A stretch of DNA of 64,000 nt from positions 357,797 to 421,796 of the forward strand of contig CAZYLF010000001.1 of the NCBI GenBank assembly GCA_964648765.1, in the 5' to 3' direction. The stretch comes from an uncultured Candidatus Saccharibacteria bacterium (GTDB lineage Bacteria; Patescibacteriota; Minisyncoccia; Phycocordibacterales; JACOZG01). Below are positions 53,762 to 62,428 of the stretch, in pieces; position 1 is the stretch's first letter, and each line of letters opens with the position of its first letter. Under the pieces are notes generated by a model that did no database searches, was not told the origin of the DNA, and saw nothing but the letters and a program-made list of their open reading frames with translations. Made by a program: the position numbers and the translations under genes.

Positions 53762-54970
53762 ATGCCGATAAGTTTAAAAAGTTTAAAAAAATTGCCAGAA
53801 GGGCCAGGGGTCTACTTTTTCAAAAAAGGAAAGGAGATTCTCTATATTGGCAAAGCCACCTCACTCCGCGACCGCGTGCGGAGTTATTTGGCCCGCGATG
53901 TGGCGGCCACGCGCGGGGTAAGAGTGGCAGGGTTACCACTAGTTTCTACGCGCGTAGATCACCTTACCACCGGCTCAGTGCTTGAGGCGCTGCTGCTTGA
54001 AGCTGAGTTAATAAAAAAACATCTCCCGCCGTTTAATACTAGAGAGAAGGATGATAAGAGTTTTTTGCATATTGTGATCACTGATGAATCTTGGCCTCGC
54101 GTTTTACTCGTGCGCGGAAAGGATTTAAAAGGTGAAAAAATTGTTTACGGCCCTTTCCCAAACGGTGGGGAATTAAAAAAAGCGATGGTGTTAATTAGAA
54201 AGATTTTTCCGTATCGCGATAAATGTCAGCCCTTCGACTCCGCTCAGGGCAAGCCTTGTTTTAACGCGCAAATTGGACTTTGCCCCGGGGTTTGTTCTGG
54301 TGCAATTGACCAGAAAACATACCGCAAACAAATTTCTCAACTGAAACTTTTCCTCTCTGGCAAACAAAAAAGTTTATATCGTGAACTTGCGCGCGAAATG
54401 AAGTTGTTAGTAGAAGGGCAAAAATTTGAAGAAGCCCAAATTGTTCGTGATCGCATCTTCTCGCTCAAACATATTCGTGATGTGGCGTTAATTGCAAGAG
54501 ATAAAGAGAATGAGCCATTAGAGCGCATTGAGGCTTACGACATTGCCCACATGAGTGGGCAAAATACGGTGGGAGTAATGACTGTGGTGGAGGGGGGTGA
54601 GTTAATGAAAAATGAATATCGAAAGTTTAAACTAAAAGGCGATAATAAGGATAAAACAAATGACACAGCAAATTTGCGTGAGATATTAACGCGCCGATTT
54701 GCTCATAATGAATGGCCAAGAGCTAAAATAATTGTGGTAGATGGCGGGGTGGCGCAAGTGAATGTGGCAAAAAAAGTAGTCAAAGAAAACAAAACAAACA
54801 TTTCAATTATTGGCGTAGTAAAAAATGATAAACATAAACCCACTCGATTAATTGGGGGTATTAAAATCTTAAATGATGAATTATCTAGGGCAATTTTGCT
54901 AGCCAACAGTGAGGCTCACCGTTTTTCCATTGCCTATCATAGGCAAATTCGTGGTAAAATAATTGGGTGA
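53762..54970 (+). CDS. UvrC-homologous excinuclease lacking the C-terminal RNaseH/HhH half (Cho-like)
   Basis: GIY-YIG (PEGPGVYFFKKGKEILYIGKATSLRDRVRSY). Cys cluster CPGVCSG. UvrBC-interaction region. Ends at 402 aa, whereas UvrC is about 600 aa. No uvrA or uvrB in the window. Confidence 0.65.
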   Translation: MPISLKSLKKLPEGPGVYFFKKGKEILYIGKATSLRDRVRSYLARDVAATRGVRVAGLPLVSTRVDHLTTGSVLEALLLEAELIKKHLPPFNTREKDDKSFLHIVITDESWPRVLLVRGKDLKGEKIVYGPFPNGGELKKAMVLIRKIFPYRDKCQPFDSAQGKPCFNAQIGLCPGVCSGAIDQKTYRKQISQLKLFLSGKQKSLYRELAREMKLLVEGQKFEEAQIVRDRIFSLKHIRDVALIARDKENEPLERIEAYDIAHMSGQNTVGVMTVVEGGELMKNEYRKFKLKGDNKDKTNDTANLREILTRRFAHNEWPRAKIIVVDGGVAQVNVAKKVVKENKTNISIIGVVKNDKHKPTRLIGGIKILNDELSRAILLANSEAHRFSIAYHRQIRGKIIG

Positions 54971-56043
54971 ATCCGAGTGACGATTCTCGTTTGAGAGATA
55001 AGGAAGTGAACCCATTAATTTTTTGGGGTGTAATCACGGTCGCTTTGGCAGGTTCATTACTTTTAATTTTAAACGCCACGGGGGTGAGCGGTGGAGTTTA
55101 TGCTTTGCTTTTGGTGCCCATTGTTGCCTACTTGGTGATTATGGGATTTTTCCTCATGTATTTGTCGCGTTTAAATCGTGAGCGCAACAAACTACTTTCT
55201 GAACGGATTGGGGTTGAGCAAAATCGCGCTGAAGAATTTGCCAAACTTAATAAAGAACTCTCCGATTATGCCAAACAACTTTTTGATAAAGACTTCGAGT
55301 TAACCTTAGCAAACAAGCGTTTGCAAAGTTTGGAGCAAGCCAAATCCAAATTTATTTCTGTTACTACCCACCAACTCCGCACCCCGCTCTCGGCCATCAA
55401 GTGGACATTCCACATGTTGCTAAAAGAGAATTTGGGTAAAGTTACAAGTGAACAAAAAGATTTTCTTCAAAAAGGTTATGACAGCACCCAGCGCATAATC
55501 TCAATCGTAAATGATTTATTAAATGTGGATTATATTGAGGCGGATAAATCTGACTACAATTACATCCCAACTAAAATTAGCGAACTTATTGAGGGTGTGA
55601 TTTTTGAATTTACCACTCCAGCCGAGTCTAAAAAAATTGACCTAAAGTTAATTAAACCTCAAAACGTGTTGCCTGAAGTTACGTTGGATCCAGTAAAGAT
55701 CTCGATGGTGTTAGAAAATCTAATTGACAATGCGATAAAATATTGCCCAGATAAGGGTAAGGTTACTGTTTATCTTAAAGATGATAGAATTAATACCGCC
55801 CAGGGTAGTGTGGAGGTGGTAGTGGCCGACACGGGCATTGGCATACCCTCGTCGGATCGTGATAAAATCTTTCATCGGTTCTTTAGAGCGCCAAATGCTA
55901 TTAAAGTAAAAACCGATGGTTCGGGTCTTGGGCTATTTATTGCCAAAGATATTATTGAAAAGCATGGTGGTCAGATATGGTTTGAGAGTAAAGAGGGTGA
56001 GGGTTCATCATTTCACTTTACCTTACCGCTTAATAGGCACTAA
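54967..56043 (+). CDS. sensor histidine kinase (two TM helices, HisKA + HATPase_c)
   Basis: H-box TTHQLRTPLSAIKW, N-box ENLIDNAIKYCP, G-boxes DTGIGIP and GSGLGLFIAKDIIEKHGG. Confidence 0.8.
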   Translation: MNPSDDSRLRDKEVNPLIFWGVITVALAGSLLLILNATGVSGGVYALLLVPIVAYLVIMGFFLMYLSRLNRERNKLLSERIGVEQNRAEEFAKLNKELSDYAKQLFDKDFELTLANKRLQSLEQAKSKFISVTTHQLRTPLSAIKWTFHMLLKENLGKVTSEQKDFLQKGYDSTQRIISIVNDLLNVDYIEADKSDYNYIPTKISELIEGVIFEFTTPAESKKIDLKLIKPQNVLPEVTLDPVKISMVLENLIDNAIKYCPDKGKVTVYLKDDRINTAQGSVEVVVADTGIGIPSSDRDKIFHRFFRAPNAIKVKTDGSGLGLFIAKDIIEKHGGQIWFESKEGEGSSFHFTLPLNRH

Positions 56044-56073
56044 TTTTATATTAAAAATTTAAAAAATAATTTT

Positions 56074-56457
56074 ATGGATGCAGAAGCAAAAAAATACAAA
56101 GTTTTAATTATTGAGGATGATGAATTTTTACGTTCGCTTACCGCTAAACGCTTAGAGAAGGAGGGTTATGCAGTGGAGGTGGGTGTGGATGGCGAGAGCG
56201 GTGTGGCTCAAGCTGAAAGCAAAAAGCCAGATTTAATTTTACTCGACCTCTTACTCCCAGGACTTGATGGTTTTGAGGTTCTTAAGCGTGTGCGCGCCAA
56301 CGATGCTCTTAAGGAGACCCCGGTAATCATCTTTTCAAACCTTGGACAAAAAGAGGACATTGAACGAGCTAAGGGTTTGGGAGCTAACGACTTTTTAATT
56401 AAAGCCAACTTTACTCTTGATGATGTGGTCGGAAAGATCAAATCTTTTCTTAAGTAG
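56074..56457 (+). CDS. stand-alone response-regulator receiver domain (CheY-like, no output domain)
   Basis: 127 aa: KVLIIEDDEFLRSL, phospho-acceptor region LILLDLLLPGLDG, conserved T/K region IIFSNLGQ...K. Confidence 0.8.
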   Translation: MDAEAKKYKVLIIEDDEFLRSLTAKRLEKEGYAVEVGVDGESGVAQAESKKPDLILLDLLLPGLDGFEVLKRVRANDALKETPVIIFSNLGQKEDIERAKGLGANDFLIKANFTLDDVVGKIKSFLK

Positions 56458-56460
56458 TTT

Positions 56461-57429
56461 ATGGCATTGATTCGAGTTGGTGTGGTGCGAGGAGGACCAG
56501 GACACGAGTATGACGTGTCGCTTAAAACTGGACAAAGTGTGCTTAAGCATCTCAATTCGGAAAAGTATCAATCCAAAGATATTTTGATTACTCGCGATGG
56601 CACTTGGCATTTAAATGGCATGGAGACTACGCCGGATCGTTTGGTGCCGCAGGTGGATGTTTTTTTTAACGCTATGCATGGTGAGTATGGAGAGGATGGT
56701 CAGGTGCAAGCGTTGTTTGACGACCTTAGCGTGCCTTACACTGGGTCTGGGCGCTTGGCTTCAAGTTTGGCGATGAACAAACAACTCACCAAAGAGGCGC
56801 TTGAAGTGGCGGGGTTTAAAATGGCGCCAGGGCAAGTGGTGAGTAGGGAGGATGATATCCCGGTGAAGATTCAGCAAATCTTTTTTAAGATGGCACCGCC
56901 GTGGATTGTGAAGCCGCTAGATTCTGGTTCATCGGTCGGGCTCGGGTATGCACTCACCGTGAGTCAGTTGGCGGAGGCGATTATTGATTCATTAAATTAT
57001 TCGGGCCAAGTTTTAGTTGAGCGGTATATCAGAGGTAAAGAGGCCACTTGCGGCGTGGTAGATAACTTCAGAAATCATGAGGTGTATGCTTTGCCACCGA
57101 TTGAGATAAGAAAGCCGGCCGGGCACAAGGTGTGGAATTATGAGTTTAAATATAATGGCCAAACGGCAGAAATTTGCCCTGGCAATTTTACAGATGCGGA
57201 AAAGCGCGAACTTGCCGAAGCCGCAATTAAGATTCATCAAATTTTAGGTTTGAGGCATTACTCACGTTCGGACTTTATTGTGACGCCCAAAGGCATTTAT
57301 TTTTTGGAAGTTAACACCTTGCCGGGCATGACTTCAGAATCCCTTTTGCCAAAAGCCCTCGACGCTGTGGGTTGCTCATACCCGCAATTCCTTGATCACG
57401 TTATTTCTCTCGCGCTTAGTAAAAATTAA
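56461..57429 (+). CDS. ddl: D-alanine--D-alanine ligase
   Basis: 322 aa ATP-grasp enzyme: RVGVVRGGPGHEYDVSL, PVDVFFNAMHGEYGEDG, C-terminal EVNTLPGMTSESL. Confidence 0.85.
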   Translation: MALIRVGVVRGGPGHEYDVSLKTGQSVLKHLNSEKYQSKDILITRDGTWHLNGMETTPDRLVPQVDVFFNAMHGEYGEDGQVQALFDDLSVPYTGSGRLASSLAMNKQLTKEALEVAGFKMAPGQVVSREDDIPVKIQQIFFKMAPPWIVKPLDSGSSVGLGYALTVSQLAEAIIDSLNYSGQVLVERYIRGKEATCGVVDNFRNHEVYALPPIEIRKPAGHKVWNYEFKYNGQTAEICPGNFTDAEKRELAEAAIKIHQILGLRHYSRSDFIVTPKGIYFLEVNTLPGMTSESLLPKALDAVGCSYPQFLDHVISLALSKN

Positions 57430-57432
57430 GGA

Positions 57433-57759
57433 ATGTCGCTTATTAGCAAAAAATGTGTAGTGTGTGAGATGGGCGGGAGTCCACTTGCAAAAGGTGAGGT
57501 GGATAAATTTTTGAGTGAGGTAAAAAATTGGCAGGTGGCCGATGATTATATAAAGATTAAGAGAGAGTGGAAGTTTAAAAATTTTAAAGAGGCCCTAAAT
57601 TTCACCAATCAGGTAGGAAATTTGGCCGAAGATGAGGGACATCATCCAGATATCGCTCTTGGTTGGGGGTATGTCAAAATTGACCTGACTACTCATGCGG
57701 TTAAGGGTCTTTCAGAAAACGACTTTATTTTAGCCGCAAAAATTGATAGGCTTGAATAG
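57433..57759 (+). CDS. pterin-4a-carbinolamine dehydratase (PCD/DCoH)
   Basis: 108 aa with the signature EDEGHHPDIALGWGYVKIDLTTHAV. Confidence 0.8.
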   Translation: MSLISKKCVVCEMGGSPLAKGEVDKFLSEVKNWQVADDYIKIKREWKFKNFKEALNFTNQVGNLAEDEGHHPDIALGWGYVKIDLTTHAVKGLSENDFILAAKIDRLE

Positions 57760-57771
57760 TAGCCCATATAT

Positions 57772-57844
57772 GGGCCGTTAGCTCATTTGGTAGAGCACCA
57801 CATTTGCAATGTGGGGGTGATCGGTTCGAATCCGATACGGTCCA
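57772..57844 (+). tRNA. tRNA-Ala (anticodon UGC)
   Basis: GGGCCGT acceptor with the G3:U70 Ala identity pair. Anticodon stem-loop CCACA-TTTGCAA-TGTGG. T-arm ATCGG-TTCGAAT-CCGAT. Confidence 0.9.
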
Positions 57845-57856
57845 CTCGATTCACTC

Positions 57857-57957
57857 TTGACAAAATATGATAGTATGATACGTTAGCATAGGATTAACTT
57901 GAGCTTTGTGGCTCAAGGAAAGTACATTTCAAAACTAAACAAAGCAAGGAGAAAATT
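57857..57957 (+). promoter_or_regulatory. recurrent promoter/operator plus leader module, copy A (TTGACA-N4-ATGATAGTATGATA ... AGGATTAACTTGAGCTTTGTGGCTCAAG hairpin ... AAGGAG)
   Basis: Shares the TTGACA + ATnATAGTATGmTA core with 17727 and 58764. Shares a 25-nt leader block (57891..57915) with 58797..58822. Confidence 0.45.
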
Positions 57958-58692
57958 ATGGCAACAGATGGCCCCACTCCGACTCCATGTAACCCCGACA
58001 TTTTTAAGAAAGGCAGAGGTGTTTGTGTTGTCCGTGGTAGTTCCAACGCTGTAGAGCGTTGGGTACGGTCCGTCGCTAAGAAAGCTAATGCTCAAGTTGA
58101 TTGGCATTACAGTGGAGGAATGGCGAGTGTCCTTCATCTTGGTGACGATGAAAGTCGTCAGCGAGTTTTGAACGCTATCCACGAGCTCAAGGGCAAACTC
58201 GACGGACACATTATTAGCGTTGACGGCCCCGCTCTTTACAGGGATGGAGTCGAAGGTTCAAATGTTACCGCTGCGGTCGTTCGCAAAGACAATGGGGAAA
58301 TTGTCCTTGTTGATCCGGAAGTCATTGCAGTAATTGGTGCCGTTGGTAAGTACAACTGCAAAAATACTCTTGAGATTAACTCTGATCGCGTTGATCATTT
58401 CAAGCAACGATTGACGGAGCGCGGTATGACTGCCGACGAGGCGGTAATCGTACTTTTAAACGTTGACGATGTTCACGGTGGTCCACTTGCTGACGTACTG
58501 ATGCCCGGTCACGACTGGCAGGAAATACGTGACAGGGGTGAAGTTCCTTTCGCCAGAGGACTTGCCGTGCGGAATGGCATTCAGCAAGCACTTGGTATCT
58601 TCGATGAGGATGCTGCGATGAAGCTCAAGGGTATGACTGAGGTGGCTGTTGTGGTTGTAGACCATGGAGTCGCCGAGGTGTTTGCGGCCTAG
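57958..58692 (+). CDS. hypothetical acidic soluble protein (244 aa, GC3-rich)
   Basis: ATG with SD AAGGAG. No TM or recognisable catalytic motif. Residues ...VLLNVDDVHGGPLADVLMPGHDWQEIRD.... Has its own terminator. Confidence 0.45.
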   Translation: MATDGPTPTPCNPDIFKKGRGVCVVRGSSNAVERWVRSVAKKANAQVDWHYSGGMASVLHLGDDESRQRVLNAIHELKGKLDGHIISVDGPALYRDGVEGSNVTAAVVRKDNGEIVLVDPEVIAVIGAVGKYNCKNTLEINSDRVDHFKQRLTERGMTADEAVIVLLNVDDVHGGPLADVLMPGHDWQEIRDRGEVPFARGLAVRNGIQQALGIFDEDAAMKLKGMTEVAVVVVDHGVAEVFAA

Positions 58693-58722
58693 ATGTTAAG
58701 TCCTTACAATTTTGTACACACA

Positions 58723-58759
58723 AGCGCACGACCCTCGGGGACGTGCGCTTTTTTCTTTT
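58723..58759 (+). terminator. rho-independent terminator (agcgcacg ... cgtgcgct plus T6CT4)
   Basis: 8-bp outer stem with an inner ccc/ggg extension, followed by TTTTTTCTTTT. Confidence 0.75.
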
Positions 58760-58763
58760 ACTA

Positions 58764-58865
58764 TTGACAAAGTATTATAGTATGCTACGATAGGGCAGGA
58801 TTAACTTGAGCTTTGTGGCTCTAAAAAGTACATTTTCATTTGGAACTCGAAAAAAGGAGACTTGC
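58764..58865 (+). promoter_or_regulatory. recurrent promoter/operator plus leader module, copy B (TTGACA-N4-ATTATAGTATGCTA ... AGGATTAACTTGAGCTTTGTGGCTC ... AAAGGAGA)
   Basis: Its 14-mer is identical to 17738..17751. The leader block is identical to copy A over about 25 nt. Confidence 0.45.
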
Positions 58866-59249
58866 ATGAACATTTCTCAAAAGATTGCCGAACTACACAG
58901 GCGCTTGGGAAAACACGTTAAGGTGTGGCATCACAAGAAGCTACTTGGCTTTATCCCAATTTTTTGGCCAGGAGGCTGGTTGTCAATTGATGAAGAAGAG
59001 AATAGTTGGTCTGTGATGCTTACTTCAAATAAACACACGCATCACCCATTCCTAGGTTCGGCTCTCGGAGCTGATTTTCAGAAAAGTGACGGTGAGCGTA
59101 AGATTGGGCCAGGTAATCTAACGGGAGCGTGGTTCACAATTCTTTCTATGTGGCCAGCAAAAAATGAGGATGAGGCTGTAAGAATTTTTAATACAGTGGC
59201 GTCAAAAATTAATGCAGCCTACGGCCATCGCATTCAACGCAACACTTAG
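58866..59249 (+). CDS. hypothetical small protein (127 aa, His/Trp-rich, GC3-rich)
   Basis: Start is the internal ATG at 58866, read as MNISQKIAELHRRLGKH, with SD AAAGGAGA 5 nt upstream. The track N-terminal extension overlaps the leader module. Confidence 0.4.
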   Translation: MNISQKIAELHRRLGKHVKVWHHKKLLGFIPIFWPGGWLSIDEEENSWSVMLTSNKHTHHPFLGSALGADFQKSDGERKIGPGNLTGAWFTILSMWPAKNEDEAVRIFNTVASKINAAYGHRIQRNT

Positions 59250-59277
59250 GTCTGAGAAAAGTCACAAAAACCGCTAG

Positions 59278-59312
59278 AGGTGTTTACTCACTAGCGGTTT
59301 TTCTTTGCCTTA
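59278..59312 (+). terminator. rho-independent terminator (aaccgctag ... ctagcggtt plus TTTTCTTT)
   Basis: 9-10 bp stem with a 13-nt loop and a U-tract. Confidence 0.7.
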
Positions 59313-59341
59313 TAGACTGATATAACCCCCTCGACTTACTT

Positions 59342-60403
59342 ATGGTACAATCGACTCATATGGAAACAAATAATCAGAAGGTGATTAGGATTTCGAAAAA
59401 GAAGTTGATTATTACACTAATTGTGTTGGTGATTGGGGCTTATATAGTTTTAAATTCACTTGGCACAGCAAGGATGAAGAGTGGTGTTGATTACGCGGAG
59501 AATGCCATGATGCCGAGTGGGGGTGGATCGTATGGTGGTGCCAATATTCCGGTATCAAGTGGGGTGATGCCAGATTATTACCCCTATCCATACCCCGAGC
59601 AGGACGACGTTACCGACACCAGAGAATTTTTGAAAACCTCGTATTCCGGAAATTTGAAGACGCGCGATGTGTCTGAAACAGCTGATGATGTTAAAAATAT
59701 TGTTCGCGATGTGGAAGGTCGCCTTGATAACTTTAATACTTCGGAAAAGTATAGTTACATTACTTTTGTGGTACCCAAAAGTCGTTTTGATGAATTTAAA
59801 AATCGGGTAGGGGATTTGGTGGGGGCCAAACTTTATGTTGAGAGCATTTCATCCCAAAATCTTTTAAACCAAAAGCAATCAATTGAAGGTCGCACTGAGA
59901 CAGCCGAGGAGGCTCTGGTTACTCTTGAAAAGCGTAAAAAGGATCTCGCTACCGCTCACGTGGCCACGCTTAACAATATTAAGAGTGAATTAACTGCGAC
60001 ACAAAGCAAATTAAATATTACAGAATCACAAATTCTTTTAACTGATGATCCGGGAGAGTCTGCGGCGCTTAGGAGCCAACTGGCCGTTTTACTTCAAACT
60101 CAAGCTGATTTGCTAGGGCGTCAAAGTGTTGAAAATCAAAATTTTGCTAATCAAAACAAGTGGATTGATCAGAGCATCGCTCAAACCAAAGCTCAATTAA
60201 CTAATCTTGATAAAGAAGATACCAAGTTTGCCAATAATATTGAAACGGTAAATGGCACGGTGAATATCCAATGGATCAGTGTTTGGGATTTAATTAAATT
60301 ATATTCGCCAATTAATCCAATTCTAATCATTATCATTGTTCTCCTCCTCGCCCGCTGGATCCTGGTCCGCAAAGGCTATCTCTCCCGAATCGAGTTTGTG
60401 TAG
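59342..60403 (+). CDS. membrane-anchored coiled-coil protein (N-terminal TM, long Gln/Leu-rich coiled coil, C-terminal TM; DUF4349-like architecture)
   Basis: 353 aa (or start at ATG 59360, 8 nt after a TACAAT box). Helices LIITLIVLVIGAYIVL and ILIIIIVLLLARWILV flank a roughly 250 aa coiled coil. Confidence 0.45.
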   Translation: MVQSTHMETNNQKVIRISKKKLIITLIVLVIGAYIVLNSLGTARMKSGVDYAENAMMPSGGGSYGGANIPVSSGVMPDYYPYPYPEQDDVTDTREFLKTSYSGNLKTRDVSETADDVKNIVRDVEGRLDNFNTSEKYSYITFVVPKSRFDEFKNRVGDLVGAKLYVESISSQNLLNQKQSIEGRTETAEEALVTLEKRKKDLATAHVATLNNIKSELTATQSKLNITESQILLTDDPGESAALRSQLAVLLQTQADLLGRQSVENQNFANQNKWIDQSIAQTKAQLTNLDKEDTKFANNIETVNGTVNIQWISVWDLIKLYSPINPILIIIIVLLLARWILVRKGYLSRIEFV

Positions 60404-60531
60404 AAGTTTGTAAATACTTATCAGACAGTCACACATTCAATACCTTGACATTCAATCTTGTTTATGATAGGGTAATTTTGGAGTCCAGTGTGCACTGGGC
60501 AATTAAATTTTTCCATAACCAGGAGAATCAA

Positions 60532-60792
60532 ATGCCTAAGGTCAAGAAAAGTGTGGAACATGAGGCACAAGCAAAGCTTGATGCTGTGATCAAGCAGTAT
60601 GGCCCACAGATCAAAACCATCACCAAAGAGATTGGCCAGAACTTTCGATGTTTTGGAGGAGGTAGCGTCAACATGGACAACCCAATCTCAAGAGCACTTG
60701 TGAATGATCCACTCCAATTTGCAGCAGCTGTGGACGTTGAACAGGTGGTCACTTTTGTCATTTTTCGTTTATTCGAGAAGACGCACATTTAG
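60532..60792 (+). CDS. hypothetical small protein (86 aa)
   Basis: Start is the internal ATG at 60532, read as MPKVKKSVEHE, with SD AGGAGAA. Upstream promoter TTGACATTCAATcttgtttatgaTAGGGT and a leader hairpin ccagtgtgcactgg. Confidence 0.4.
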   Translation: MPKVKKSVEHEAQAKLDAVIKQYGPQIKTITKEIGQNFRCFGGGSVNMDNPISRALVNDPLQFAAAVDVEQVVTFVIFRLFEKTHI

Positions 60793-60811
60793 ATCTTAGC
60801 GCAGACAATCG

Positions 60812-60850
60812 AGGCGCCAGATAGATATACCTATCTGGCGCCTTTTCATT
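60812..60850 (+). terminator. rho-independent terminator (aggcgccagatag ATATA cctatctggcgcct plus TTTTCATTTTC)
   Basis: 13-14 bp stem with a U-tract, 30 nt before tRNA-Val. Confidence 0.75.
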
Positions 60851-60883
60851 TTCAATAAAATACGGTTTACTTAATGAGCTAAA

Positions 60884-60958
60884 GGCACCCTTAGCTCAGC
60901 TGGTTAGAGCGTACGATTCACATTCGTAAGGCCTCAGGTTCGATTCCTGAAGGGTGCA
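60884..60958 (+). tRNA. tRNA-Val (anticodon CAC); its 3' half is the likely integration target of the downstream element
   Basis: Acceptor GCACCCT/AGGGTGC. D-arm GCTCAGCTGGTTAGAGC. Anticodon stem-loop TACGA-TTCACAT-TCGTA. T-arm TCAGG-TTCGATT-CCTGA. Confidence 0.9.
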
Positions 60959-62428
60959 CCGTTGGGGAATTTCCACGTCCTGGTGGACCCGCTGAAACGG
61001 TTTCGCGGCTTCAATTAAGAGTTTTTTGTCCGTGAGCAAAAGGTTCGATCCGACTGTTTGAGCGATCAGCCGCTTGAGTTCCGTCGTGCCGTGCTGGAAC
61101 CAGAATACGGCCCTATCGTTGAATGATTTGAGATTTTGAAGGGGTTCGATCCTATCCCCCTGATCCTCCGGTGCCCTCGCCAAAAGTTGTTCCAACCGCA
61201 GCCGCTCCTGCTGCAGGCCCTGCCGCTTAGTTGCAAATTCAGCATCATCGATGAGATCCCGCAAGCGCAGGCTGGTGAGGTTGTCCAACTGACGCACCGT
61301 GTCCGCAAGAATCTGATGCCGGTTATCCATTTCACGCTTGGCCTGTTCAATCCGTTCGGATTCGGTCTGCTTCACCATGCGCAGGGCCCAGTCATGCAGA
61401 GAAGCGGGGAGGATGATCGACTCCAGGAAGGCGAGAAACTGCCGTTCCAATTCGCGGCCTTCAATCGAGGGCTGGCGGCAATAGCAGCGCGCATGGCGAT
61501 GGGTGCAATGATAGTAAACATAACGGTGCCCATGGCGATTGGTCTTATGTTCGGCTGTAATGGCCAGTCCGCAGGCTCCGCATCGTATAAGGCCCCTAAA
61601 TGGGAAATCCTGGTGCTTGGGGCGCGGAGGGGTGGGTCGTCCCAACAAGGCCTGCACGCGCTCAAACTCATCAATCGACACCATCGCCGGATGACGGCCC
61701 ACATGCGTCTGTCCTTCCCAACGGATCAATCCAGCATAAAAGGGATTGGAAATCAGTTTATAGATGGCGCTCAAGGCCATCGCATTGCCCCCAACTCGCT
61801 TCTTTTGAGCGGTGCGGAGCCCCCATTCGTCGCGTGCCTGCCGGTGGAGCTGGCTGGGGCTGGCTACACCGGTGAGCATCCCATCCCACAGCTTGCGAAC
61901 CACATCAAATCGATCGGGGTCGGCGACGATGGTTTTGGCTGTCGAGTCTATGCGATAGCCGATCGGCACATTTCCCGGTCGCCACCCCTTGAGCACCTTC
62001 GTGCGATTGCCACGTTTAACATTCTCGCTCAAGTTGTCCACATAATATTTGGAATAGCCGAAGATGATCGACAGCATGAACTTGCCTTGCGAATTGTTTT
62101 CAAAACTGAAATTGGAAAAGCGGAGGTCTTTGAGGACTTGCTGGTCGAGCATATAGATAATCTTGCCACCATCGATGGAATTGCGGGCCAGCCGGTCGGG
62201 GTGCCAAGCAATAATGCCATCGGCCTCACGACGTTCCAAGCGTTTGAGCATCGCATCAAAAACGACCCTGCCCGGCGTTTTGGCACTGTAGGCCTCCTCG
62301 AAGATTTCCACGATTTGATCGTTGTCGTTCCGCAGCGCGCGCTGTAGTTCCATGCGCTGCGATTCAATCGACAGCACCTGGCGATCCTCTGATTCTGTGG
62401 ACTTGCGACAGTAGGCGAAGTACCTCAT
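60896..62428 (-). CDS. large serine recombinase (integrase) of the integrated element
   Basis: 510 aa, GC-rich. Resolvase-type N-domain with catalytic Ser ([24 protein letters not shown]). Recombinase domain, Cys ribbon ([12 protein letters not shown]...[13 protein letters not shown]) and coiled coil. The last 21 codons are antisense tRNA-Val (...[17 protein letters not shown]). Confidence 0.85.
   Translation of the reverse strand: MRYFAYCRKSTESEDRQVLSIESQRMELQRALRNDNDQIVEIFEEAYSAKTPGRVVFDAMLKRLERREADGIIAWHPDRLARNSIDGGKIIYMLDQQVLKDLRFSNFSFENNSQGKFMLSIIFGYSKYYVDNLSENVKRGNRTKVLKGWRPGNVPIGYRIDSTAKTIVADPDRFDVVRKLWDGMLTGVASPSQLHRQARDEWGLRTAQKKRVGGNAMALSAIYKLISNPFYAGLIRWEGQTHVGRHPAMVSIDEFERVQALLGRPTPPRPKHQDFPFRGLIRCGACGLAITAEHKTNRHGHRYVYYHCTHRHARCYCRQPSIEGRELERQFLAFLESIILPASLHDWALRMVKQTESERIEQAKREMDNRHQILADTVRQLDNLTSLRLRDLIDDAEFATKRQGLQQERLRLEQLLARAPEDQGDRIEPLQNLKSFNDRAVFWFQHGTTELKRLIAQTVGSNLLLTDKKLLIEAAKPFQRVHQDVEIPQRCTLQESNLRPYECESYALTS

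Noticed and set aside
36033-60460. 12-mer TTGACATTCAAT present at both 36033 (+) and 60449 (+)
   Set aside because: At 60449 it is a plausible -35 for the 60532 gene. At 36033 it points into topA antisense with no downstream ORF. Probably chance, though noted in case a genome-wide motif scan says otherwise.
61136-62347. 403-aa + ORF inside the integrated element
   Set aside because: It is antisense to, and fully contained within, the large serine recombinase gene, which has clear catalytic and zinc-ribbon motifs. The translation is a low-complexity Gly/Ala/Arg shadow typical of GC-rich DNA.
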